This document shows, piece by piece, positions 30,310-38,675 of a stretch of 64,000 bases of DNA. The number at the start of each line of letters is the position of its first letter. The stretch's first letter is position 1. Source of the stretch: Trueperaceae bacterium (GTDB lineage Bacteria > Deinococcota > Deinococci > Deinococcales > Trueperaceae). The stretch lies in the NCBI GenBank assembly GCA_034520945.1, contig JAXHNB010000008.1, positions 143,125 through 207,124 on the forward strand. Direction: 5' to 3'. The notes below the pieces were generated by a model. That model made no database searches. It worked only from the letters and a program-made list of their open reading frames with translations, and was not told the origin of the DNA. The position numbers and the translations under genes were made by a program.

Positions 30310-32871
30310 GTGAGCTCCATGGACGTCGAACAGCTGCAGGCCAACCTGCACGCTGTCGTCGAGGACCACCGGCATCGATTCCCCAACCAGCGCGTCCTTG
30401 TGTTCTGGCGCGATCCTGACGGCGAGTTCAGCGAGGCCGTACACGAGTTGGCACTACCGGAGGGTATGGGCCTGCTCAAGGTGAACGACGCGCTGTTCGG
30501 AACGAAGGTCCTGCTGCTTGAAGAGGCACCCGAGGCCTCGTTCCTTGTCTACCTCCAACAACCACGACCTCGTGACGAGCAGAACTGGCTCCTCGATCTG
30601 GAAGTCCAGGCCGAAGCGTTCACGGCAGATCGTGCCGCGATGCTGGTTCGTCAGTTCGGCTTCACAGACCGAAGCCTGGTCGACTTCGTTCGGGAGGCGC
30701 TTCCCTTTTTCGGCAACAAGAAGCGCGTTCAGGCTCTGCACAACGTGGGGTTGGACGCGTCCGCCACGCGCGCCGATCTCGCCGTTGGAATGTGTTGCGT
30801 CCTTGCTGGCGTGGCGCCCGTGGACACGGCGAGGCTCCTACGCGCGGTCCTTGCTGAGAGCCTCGACGAAGACGAGAATACGACCTTCCAAGAGATCGTG
30901 AAGTACGTCGGAGCCGAACGTTTCTGGACCATCATCCGAGAAGCTGTCGGATATCGTGCTGATAGCCCTTCGCTTCGCGATCTCTGGATCTCGCTTGCAT
31001 TCACCCACCTGGCGGAATCGATGGGTGACGCGACGCCGAAGGCCGTGGCGAAGAAGGTGATTCGCCCCTCGGCCAAGGCGTTCGTGTTCGTGCAGAACTG
31101 GCTGCAGAACGCAAACGAAGGCGCCGCCTGGGACACGATCAGTCGCGAGATGGAGGCACAGCTCGACGTTGCGGACCATATCGCGGGGGTGGACACCGAC
31201 GCCATCCAGCACGCGGACACGTTCCCCATCTTTGACAGACTCGTCATCCAAGCAGCGGCCGACGCGCTCGTCACGGGCGGGCGCCCTGTCACGGACGTTC
31301 GCCAGTGGATCAACTCCCGCAGGGTTCGGCACTGGCACGGCCGCTTCGCCAATCACTACGACGCCCTGGAGGCGGGTGCCGATCTTGCAGACTTCGTGTC
31401 GCAGCCGCTTCCGCCACTGTCGTCGGTGGACGACGCATGGTCGTGGTACGCGAACACTGGGTATCGTGCTGATCGCGCCTATCGACGCTTCGTCGTGGCT
31501 TCGGATCAGGTGGGCGAGTCCCTCAACGTCCTTGGGGACCATGTCGATAAGCACTATCACGGAGCTTTCCTGGAACCCTTGAGCGCGAAGTGGGCTGCAG
31601 TGCTGGGCGCACACAGCGCATGGCCCGCGGGTGGCGTTTCGTCGCAGCGCTGGTTCTTCCACAATCGTGTCCAGCCTATGCTTGACCGGAACGACCGCGA
31701 CCGCGTATTCGTCCTCATCAGCGACGCGCTCCGCTACGAAGTGGCACACGACCTTGTCACGAGGATGCGCGAGAGCCTCCGTGGCGAGCCTACGCTGAAC
31801 ACGCAATCGGCGCTCTTGCCCAGCGTGACCAAGCTAGGCATGGCGGCTCTCCTGCCCGGCGCCAAGCTGTCCTGGGAGTCCGACAACTCGGTACGGATCG
31901 ACGGCATGTCCACCCAGGGTCGCGCGCAGCGCGCGGACGTTCTCGCGGCATCGGGCTACTCGTCGACCCTCCTCGACATTGACGCTTTGCTGGCGATGTC
32001 GCGAGAAGAGGCGAGGGCAGCCATACGCGACGCTCGGCTCGTCTACATCTACCAGAACGAGATCGATGCAGCCGGGGACAAGTACGCAAGCGAGAGGCAA
32101 ACCTTCGCGGCGTGCGAACGGGCGGTGACCACGCTGGACCGGGCCATTCGGACCATCGTCAATCAACTCAACGGCACCCACGTCCTGGTGACCAGCGACC
32201 ACGGCTTCCTGTACCAGCGCCGCGAGCTTGCCGAACACGAAAAGGTTCCCAAGCCGGTCGGGGACGTGCAGGAACTGAATCGTCGGTACGCGATCGGGGC
32301 GGACATCCAAGACCGCGAAGGCACCCTGCGCTTCAAAGCCCCCTACCTCGGCAAGGGCAATCTCGAGGTAGTCGTGCCACGTGGTGCGCAACGCTTCGCG
32401 ATCCAAGGGCCCGGTGCGCAGTACGTGCACGGTGGCGCAAGCTTGCAAGAGGTCTGCCTACCGATCATCACGTACCGGCACAAGCGGTCCGAGAAGGGCG
32501 GCGCTGCCCCCAGCAGCAAAGTGGGGGTTCAGGTCAACGCAACGGCGAAGCGGATTACCAACAACGCGTTCACCATCCGTCTGGTGCAGCAGGCCCCCGT
32601 GGGTGCCCGCGTGAAACCCCGCGCCATCAGTGTGCAGATCGTCGATGACGACGATGAACCCGTGACGAACCTTGTACCGCTGCTACTGGACAAGGACGCG
32701 CCCCAGGCGACCGAGCGCGAGTTCAGCGCCCGTCTGAAGATCGGTGTGACCGATACTTCCCCCGAGCGCCCGTACTATCTGGTCATAACGGATACCGACG
32801 ATGACGTCGAAATCCACCGCGAGCAGTGGGTTATCGACATCGCCATTTCCGACGACTTCGGAGACTTCTGA
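30310..32871 (+). CDS. pglZ: BREX PglZ alkaline-phosphatase-fold protein
   Basis: ISDALRYE, LPSVTKLGMAALLP, TSDHGF, YVHGGASLQE. Confidence 0.95.
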   Translation: MSSMDVEQLQANLHAVVEDHRHRFPNQRVLVFWRDPDGEFSEAVHELALPEGMGLLKVNDALFGTKVLLLEEAPEASFLVYLQQPRPRDEQNWLLDLEVQAEAFTADRAAMLVRQFGFTDRSLVDFVREALPFFGNKKRVQALHNVGLDASATRADLAVGMCCVLAGVAPVDTARLLRAVLAESLDEDENTTFQEIVKYVGAERFWTIIREAVGYRADSPSLRDLWISLAFTHLAESMGDATPKAVAKKVIRPSAKAFVFVQNWLQNANEGAAWDTISREMEAQLDVADHIAGVDTDAIQHADTFPIFDRLVIQAAADALVTGGRPVTDVRQWINSRRVRHWHGRFANHYDALEAGADLADFVSQPLPPLSSVDDAWSWYANTGYRADRAYRRFVVASDQVGESLNVLGDHVDKHYHGAFLEPLSAKWAAVLGAHSAWPAGGVSSQRWFFHNRVQPMLDRNDRDRVFVLISDALRYEVAHDLVTRMRESLRGEPTLNTQSALLPSVTKLGMAALLPGAKLSWESDNSVRIDGMSTQGRAQRADVLAASGYSSTLLDIDALLAMSREEARAAIRDARLVYIYQNEIDAAGDKYASERQTFAACERAVTTLDRAIRTIVNQLNGTHVLVTSDHGFLYQRRELAEHEKVPKPVGDVQELNRRYAIGADIQDREGTLRFKAPYLGKGNLEVVVPRGAQRFAIQGPGAQYVHGGASLQEVCLPIITYRHKRSEKGGAAPSSKVGVQVNATAKRITNNAFTIRLVQQAPVGARVKPRAISVQIVDDDDEPVTNLVPLLLDKDAPQATEREFSARLKIGVTDTSPERPYYLVITDTDDDVEIHREQWVIDIAISDDFGDF

Positions 32872-34907
32872 TGGACGCCACGCCGACGCCTGCAGACCTC
32901 GACACCAAGCTCAACGACCACTTCCCAGGGCGTGTGGTGCGCAAGGACCTCACGACACGCCTTAAGGAAGGCGCAAACGTGCCGGTCTATGTGCTCGAGT
33001 ACCTGCTGGGCACGTATTGCGCCACGGATGACCCCGAGGCGATCGAGGAAGGCGTCAAGCGCGTCAAGGCGATCCTGTCCGAGAACTACGTCCGACCTGA
33101 CGAGTCCGAGAAGGTGAAGAGCCGCATCAGGGAAAAGGGCCGATTCCGCATCATCGACCGCGTCACGGTCACACTGAATGACAAGCGCGATGAGTACGAA
33201 GCCTCACTGCTCAATCTGGGGATCCAGGGCGTCACGGTCGCATCTGAGTACGTCAAGGAGTTCGAGAAGCTCCTTGGCGGCGGAATCTGGTGCATTATTA
33301 CCCTCGAGTACGACGCCAGTCACAAGCCCAGCCCTTTCGTGCTCGAGACCCTGAAGCCTGTCCAAATGCCTCATCTGAACATGGACGAGGTGTTCCTGGG
33401 CCGCAAGTGGTTTACCAAGGACGAGTGGATCGACCTGCTCCTCCGATCCACCGGCCTAGAACCGACGACGCTGGACGAGGAGGCGAAGTGGCACCTCCTG
33501 GCCCGGATCGTGCCACTTGTCGAGAACAACTACAACTGCGTTGAGCTTGGGCCCCGAAGCACTGGCAAGAGCCACCTCTACAAGGAAATCAGTCCCAACA
33601 CGGTTCTCGTGTCCGGCGGGCAGACAACGGTCGCCAATCTCTTCTACAACATGACGCGCCGTCAGGTGGGCCTCGTGGGTATGTGGGACGTGGTTGCTTT
33701 CGACGAGGTCGCCGGAATCAACTTCAAGGACAACGATGGCGTTCAGATCATGAAGGACTACATGTCCAGCGGGTCCTTCTCGCGCGGCAAGGCGCAGATC
33801 ACAGCCCAGGCAAGCATGGTCTTCGTGGGGAACATCAACCAGAGCGTGGAGAGCCTAGTCAAGACGAGTCACCTCTTCGCACCGTTTCCCGAGGCGATGA
33901 TCGACACGGCATTCATTGATCGCTTCCACGCCTACATTCCCGGCTGGGAGATCCCGAAGCTCGGGCCGGAGAACTTCACGACTCGCTTTGGCTTCATCGT
34001 CGACTTCCTAGCTGAATGGCTGCGAGAAATGCGGAAGCACAGCTACGCTGACGCGATCGACAAGCATTTTCAGCTGGGCAACAACCTCAAGCAGCGCGAC
34101 GTTCAAGGTGTCCGGCGTACGGCGAGCGGTCTACTGAAGCTGCTATACCCCAACGGCGAGTATGGCAAGGACGAGGTTGAGGAGGTCCTCCGCTATGCGC
34201 TCCAGGCGCGCCGTCGCGTCAAGGAACAACTGAAGAAGCTAGGCGGTATGGAGTTCTACGACGTCCACTTCTCCTACATTGACCGCGAGACCCTCCAGGA
34301 GGAGTTCGTGTCGATCAAGGAGCAGAGCTCCGGCAAATTGATCGACAATGACCCCCTGCCCGCGGGCCATGGCTACGCCATCAGCCACGGCGATCACGAC
34401 ATGATCGGGCTCTACCGGATCGAGCTACAGGCCGTCGCTGGCAACGGCAAACTACAAAGGATGGGCGGTGCGGCAGAAAGCGCCGTCCGCGACCCCATCA
34501 ATGTTGCCTTCAATTACTTCAAGGCCAACAGTGGTCGGATCAGTGGCAGCATCAGCACGGGCAGCCACGACTACCTGCTCTCGCTAACCGACGTCCAAGG
34601 CTCGGGCAACCCGGACCAGATCGCCTTGCCGGTTTTGATCGCCTTGGCCGGCGCCTCCATGGGGAGAGCAACGCAGAGCCAGATGGCGGTCCTCGGCGAC
34701 ATGACGATCGGGGGAACCATCACACCGGTCGAAAATCTCGCCAGCGCATTGCAGGTTGCCTTCGACTGCGGGGCAAAGCGCGTTCTGCTGCCTACAGCCA
34801 ACGCAGGCGATATCCACACGATTCCTGGCGAGTTGTTCGCGAAGTTCCAGACGAGCTTCTACAGCGATCCGGTGGATGCGGTGTTTAAGGCGCTTGGTGT
34901 CGGCTAA
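32871..34907 (+). CDS. brxL: BREX BrxL (MCM-like AAA+ plus Lon-like domain)
   Basis: GRVVRKDLT, VYVLEYLLG.YC, ELGPRSTGKSH, AFDEVAG, DRFH.YIPGWEIPK, GAKRVLLP. Confidence 0.95.
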   Translation: MDATPTPADLDTKLNDHFPGRVVRKDLTTRLKEGANVPVYVLEYLLGTYCATDDPEAIEEGVKRVKAILSENYVRPDESEKVKSRIREKGRFRIIDRVTVTLNDKRDEYEASLLNLGIQGVTVASEYVKEFEKLLGGGIWCIITLEYDASHKPSPFVLETLKPVQMPHLNMDEVFLGRKWFTKDEWIDLLLRSTGLEPTTLDEEAKWHLLARIVPLVENNYNCVELGPRSTGKSHLYKEISPNTVLVSGGQTTVANLFYNMTRRQVGLVGMWDVVAFDEVAGINFKDNDGVQIMKDYMSSGSFSRGKAQITAQASMVFVGNINQSVESLVKTSHLFAPFPEAMIDTAFIDRFHAYIPGWEIPKLGPENFTTRFGFIVDFLAEWLREMRKHSYADAIDKHFQLGNNLKQRDVQGVRRTASGLLKLLYPNGEYGKDEVEEVLRYALQARRRVKEQLKKLGGMEFYDVHFSYIDRETLQEEFVSIKEQSSGKLIDNDPLPAGHGYAISHGDHDMIGLYRIELQAVAGNGKLQRMGGAAESAVRDPINVAFNYFKANSGRISGSISTGSHDYLLSLTDVQGSGNPDQIALPVLIALAGASMGRATQSQMAVLGDMTIGGTITPVENLASALQVAFDCGAKRVLLPTANAGDIHTIPGELFAKFQTSFYSDPVDAVFKALGVG

Positions 34908-34950
34908 TGGAAGGTATGGAAGGGGTCCCTAAGAGAGTCTTCTCATCGGT

Positions 34951-36495
34951 GTGGCGATGACAGTGCCGACGCCACGCCGGCACTGGCTCGAGACCCGCCG
35001 ATTGGCCAAGGCGTTGCCGGCTAAGGAAGTCTTCGAGTGGCTTGTAACACAGGGCTACTACCCTGAGCCGTACGTTCTCCCGCCCACGTTCGTGGTCAAG
35101 AAGGCGCCGGATTTTCATTCGGGTGGCTATTACCGCTATGACGAGTACCATAGACGCCTTATCGGAGGTGTCGAACAACCCCAGTCTATTCACTTCCCAA
35201 AAACGGATCACACGGATCGAACGTTTGGGTTCGTGCACCCTGAGCTCCATGCAGACATGGCACGGGTGGTGGCCAACTACTGGTCATCGATCGTAGCGCA
35301 TCTCTTTCCGAACTTTTCACTCGTGTATTCATACAGCTTTCCGATTCCTGTAGACGGCAAGCAGAAGGGTGCGCTTGGGCGGCTGCGGAGTGGCCGAATG
35401 ATCTACGAATGGATTGAGATGGCCGAGAAAGACCTTGCTGCTGAGGCGTATCGGTACGGGTGGTTGGTGAACGCCGATGTGGCCAACTTCTACTCCTCGA
35501 TCTATACGCATTCAATTGCATGGGCCGTGCACGGAAAGAAGAGGGCAAGAGCGAATAGGAAGAACCTGACGTTGTATGGCAATCTTCTTGACCAGCTCGT
35601 GCAGAAGGCGAATGACGATTGCACCAACGGCATCCCAACTGGGCCCGCGATCAGCGATCTAGTAGCCGAGATCGTGTTGGCTGGAGTTGACAGGTACCTT
35701 ACTAGCAGTATGCGGGCCGAAGGCCTTGGATCGACTCAAGTCCTCGCAGTGCGCTTCAAGGACGACTATAGAATTCTCTGCCGTACGCGTGAAGTGGCCA
35801 TGAAGGTCACCAAACTCCTTCAGGCTGCTCTGCGAGAGTTCCGGCTGCAGCTTAACGATGGCAAGACGCGGATTTCTGCACTGCCCGATGGCTTATTTCG
35901 TGTGTGGCGGACACGGTACGACCAGCTTAATCCGCACCCCAAGTCTTGGTACGACATCAAGCGCTTTGAGGCTGTCTTCAAGGGCGTGCTTGAGATTGAC
36001 CGGCACGTTCCAGGTACAGGCGTAGTAGATCGTTTTCTTGCGGATCTCGTTCGTCGAGACGGAACGCTCCGACTACGGCTAAATCGGCGAGACGTTCAGC
36101 GCGTCGTCAGCCTTCTGCTTTTGCTTGCGAAGCTTCGACCAAAGGCCTACCCTAAAGCACTTGCTATCGTGGAGGCCCTCATCAAATCGCCTGTCGGCAG
36201 GGCGCGACGCGATGCGGTTGTCAGCTACCTCAAGGGCGAGTTCGAAGCTTTGAGGCAGAACGAGGGCGAGGCGACGTACCGACTAGTATGGCTTGCTTAC
36301 TTCCTAGCCTCGAACAAGTACGTGTCAGAGGAGTACAAGCGTAGCAATGCGGTCCGTGATCCTGTGCTGCGCGTTATCTGGACAAGCCAGCCGCGGGCTA
36401 TTTGGGCTCATCGGGACTTCAAGATCGCTATTGGGGCAATCGCCGCAGCAAGGGAGACGTCGCTACTCTGGCATCTCGAGGTATTCAGTGCGTAA
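34951..36495 (+). CDS. Reverse transcriptase, Abi/UG (defence-associated) class
   Basis: DVANFYSSIYTHSIAWA, NGIPTGPAISDLVAE, RFKDDYRI, LQLNDGKT; GYYPE..LPP.F N-terminus; helical C-terminus; ATG 34957 alternative start. Confidence 0.9.
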   Translation: MAMTVPTPRRHWLETRRLAKALPAKEVFEWLVTQGYYPEPYVLPPTFVVKKAPDFHSGGYYRYDEYHRRLIGGVEQPQSIHFPKTDHTDRTFGFVHPELHADMARVVANYWSSIVAHLFPNFSLVYSYSFPIPVDGKQKGALGRLRSGRMIYEWIEMAEKDLAAEAYRYGWLVNADVANFYSSIYTHSIAWAVHGKKRARANRKNLTLYGNLLDQLVQKANDDCTNGIPTGPAISDLVAEIVLAGVDRYLTSSMRAEGLGSTQVLAVRFKDDYRILCRTREVAMKVTKLLQAALREFRLQLNDGKTRISALPDGLFRVWRTRYDQLNPHPKSWYDIKRFEAVFKGVLEIDRHVPGTGVVDRFLADLVRRDGTLRLRLNRRDVQRVVSLLLLLAKLRPKAYPKALAIVEALIKSPVGRARRDAVVSYLKGEFEALRQNEGEATYRLVWLAYFLASNKYVSEEYKRSNAVRDPVLRVIWTSQPRAIWAHRDFKIAIGAIAAARETSLLWHLEVFSA

Positions 36496-36529
36496 CCTGT
36501 CTAGGACCTTGATTGGATGTGCGCGGTCC

Positions 36530-36568
36530 GTGGATTGTGGTGCGGCGCATGTCGCTGGTGGATTGTGG
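36530..36568 (+). repeat. Direct repeat GTGGATTGTGG x2 (28 bp apart)
   Basis: Exact copies at 36530-36540 and 36558-36568; degenerate third copy near 36588. Confidence 0.7.
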
Positions 36569-36629
36569 ATCGAGCTTGATGCCGACGGTGGGATTGCTTG
36601 GCGGGATGAGGAGTCCCGACCTCCAGCGG

Positions 36630-36818
36630 CAAGGTAACGCCGTACTCCCGACGCAGGCGGTCCATGTCGGCGTCGAGGTCGCGGTCGTGCTTGCCCGCGG
36701 TGCCGGGCCCCTTGCGACCCGGGGCAAGCGTGAAACCGACGCGCCCCTTGAGGGGTAGCTCGCTGGAGGGGACGAAGTGGACCTCGATGGGGCTGGTGCG
36801 GGAGTCGAGCTGGGGCAT
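36630..36818 (-). pseudogene. Truncated CDKN3-like phosphatase paralogue
   Basis: SRTSPIEVHFVP...GRVGFTLAPGRKG...DRDLDADMDRLR.EYGV aligns with adjacent phosphatase; similarity ends ~36635 before the CX5R loop; AAGGAG RBS. Confidence 0.75.
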
Positions 36819-36882
36819 GTGACACTCCTTTCGGGAGGTGATGGGAACGCGCGCGTGCTGGCGGGTCCAGGACGCGGGTGCG

Positions 36883-37470
36883 TCAGGTTTCCGGGGTCGC
36901 GCCGGGGGCCGTCGTCAGCCAGTCGGCGTACGCCCCCACGTACGCCTCCTGCCCGCGCGTTTCGATCGCGCCGGGCCGGTGCTTGCGGACGCGGCGGACG
37001 GCGGTGGCGGCGTCGAGGCCGGCCCGCACCAGCAGGCAGGCGGCGACCAGGCCGCTGCGCCCCAGCCCGCCGCGACAGTGCACGGTGAGCGTGCGGCCGG
37101 CTTCGAGCTCGGCGTGCAGCTCGTCGATCAGCTGGCCGAACGCGTCGGCGGACCGGGCGTCGGGCACGGAGACGTCGTCGATGGGGAAGGGGCGGACGCG
37201 CATGCTGTGCGCTTCGGCGCGGGGGAACAGGTCGGGGATCTCCAGCAGGTCGTGCTCGTAGGGGCGCATCAGGGAGACCAGCACGTCGGTGCCGAAGCGC
37301 TGGCGCAGGTCCTGCAGGTCGGTGTCCAGGTCGCGGTCCCAGCGGACGCGTGACACGCTGCTGGTGGCCTTCTTGCCCGGCGCCAGGGTCAGGCCCAGGC
37401 GCCCGGGCAGGGGGTCCGTGGGCACGAAGTCGACCCGGATGGGGTGCGTGTGGGAGGTGGCGTGGATCAT
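36883..37470 (-). CDS. CDKN3/dual-specificity protein-tyrosine phosphatase-like protein
   Basis: P-loop HCRGGLGRSG, FPIDD..VP, RPGAIET..QE. Confidence 0.9.
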   Translation of the reverse strand: MIHATSHTHPIRVDFVPTDPLPGRLGLTLAPGKKATSSVSRVRWDRDLDTDLQDLRQRFGTDVLVSLMRPYEHDLLEIPDLFPRAEAHSMRVRPFPIDDVSVPDARSADAFGQLIDELHAELEAGRTLTVHCRGGLGRSGLVAACLLVRAGLDAATAVRRVRKHRPGAIETRGQEAYVGAYADWLTTAPGATPET

Positions 37471-37501
37471 CGCGGGTCCTCTCGTGCCAGGGAAGACGGG
37501 G

Positions 37502-37783
37502 TCACTCGTCGTCGGGCGGGGCGTACTCGTACTCGCCGGTGTGGACGTTGTATTGCAGGGTCCAGTCGTCCTTCGAGCGCTGGTAGGAGCCTCCGTGCAG
37601 GTCGTAGCGGGGCTTCGTGCCGTCTGGTTGGAGCTCGTAGCTGCCGGTGTGCATGTTGTAGGACGGGCTGGCGCCGGGCGGGGCGTACGCGTACTGGCCG
37701 GTGTGGACGTTGTATTGCAGGGTCCAGTGGTCCTCCGCCATCTCATAGCGGCCGGTGTGGAGGTTGTAGCGGGGCTTGGCCAT
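37502..37783 (-). CDS. 93-aa Tyr/His-rich protein of five ~18-aa Y[ND]xH[TG]GxY repeats
   Basis: GAAGGGAG RBS; five repeats; exact 32-nt DNA repeat at 37535-37566 and 37697-37728. Confidence 0.8.
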   Translation of the reverse strand: MAKPRYNLHTGRYEMAEDHWTLQYNVHTGQYAYAPPGASPSYNMHTGSYELQPDGTKPRYDLHGGSYQRSKDDWTLQYNVHTGEYEYAPPDDE

Positions 37784-37911
37784 GTCGTCGTCTCCCTTCA
37801 CTGCATCGATCGTCCGCGATGGTTGCGACCGCGTTCGTCGCACCGTAGCGGTGTGGCACTCACGAAACGCGCACGGGGCCTCGGCCCCTCGAACTGGCTA
37901 GTATGTTGGTA

Positions 37912-37946
37912 TTGACAAGATCTCCTGTCAAGACTATGATCGTGCC
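37912..37946 (+). promoter_or_regulatory. sigma70-type leaderless promoter with overlapping palindromic operator
   Basis: TTGACA-17bp-TATGAT-N6-ATG(37947); TTGACA-N8-TGTCAA inverted repeat 37912-37931. Confidence 0.8.
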
Positions 37947-38675
37947 ATGCCCACCCTCGACGCCCTCCTGCAACGGCGGCCCAGCTTCGACCTCGACGAA
38001 CTGGCCGACGTTGCCAACGATCACCTGCCTGCGCTGATCCCTGACGACCCGGTCGATGCACGGGTGAAACCGGAGGTGAACCCCCGCCTGATTCGCCACT
38101 ACGTATCCGAAGGCCTGCTGGACCCCGCCCTCAAGGACGGCCGTCACGCGGTCTACACCGTCGACCACCTCCTGCAACTGCTGGCCCTGCGGCGCCTGCT
38201 GGCCGACGGCGTGTCGTCCACCTACGTCGGCGACACCCTGCGCGCCAAGAACCGCGACGAACTGCGTGCCATCGCCGAAGGCCACCTCGACCCCTTTGCC
38301 GGCGCGTCCACCGAACCCGCCCCGCCCGGAGAGGACGCCCCGTCCCGGGCCCGGGCCGCCCTCGCCGCGATCCGCAGGCGCGCCTCGCTCGGCGGCGAAG
38401 CTACGCCGCGCACGCCGGCCGGCCGGGCCTTTCGAACCGCTGGGACCGCCGGTTCGTCGAACGTCGGCGCCGCGCAGCATCGCGCGGCGCCCGACCCCGC
38501 CTCGGCGCCCGACGCCGGCACCGTCGAAGGCTGGGAGCGCGTGCAGCTCCTCGACGGCGTCGAGCTGCACGTCCGCGACGACGTGCGCCTGCCCACGTCC
38601 CTCGACGCCCGCCAACGCCTGCTGGACCACGTCGTCCGCGAGATCGTCCGTTACGCCCAAGGGAGGGAACGATGA
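37947..38675 (+). CDS. MerR-type HTH regulator
   Basis: RLIRHYVSEGLLDP...GRHAVY..DHLLQL..LRRL; C-terminal WERVQLLDGVELHV. Confidence 0.85.
   Translation: MPTLDALLQRRPSFDLDELADVANDHLPALIPDDPVDARVKPEVNPRLIRHYVSEGLLDPALKDGRHAVYTVDHLLQLLALRRLLADGVSSTYVGDTLRAKNRDELRAIAEGHLDPFAGASTEPAPPGEDAPSRARAALAAIRRRASLGGEATPRTPAGRAFRTAGTAGSSNVGAAQHRAAPDPASAPDAGTVEGWERVQLLDGVELHVRDDVRLPTSLDARQRLLDHVVREIVRYAQGRER

Noticed and set aside
34908..34950. Retron msr-msd upstream of the RT
   Set aside because: Only 43 bp of intergenic space, no long inverted repeats, and no VTG retron signature in the RT
37535..37728. CRISPR-like array from the 32-nt repeat
   Set aside because: Only two exact copies, in frame inside a repeat protein; no cas genes
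34951..37783. Functional link between Tyr-primed RT and the Tyr phosphatase/Tyr-repeat genes
   Set aside because: Opposite strands, different base composition, and the junction truncates a phosphatase, indicating accidental adjacency
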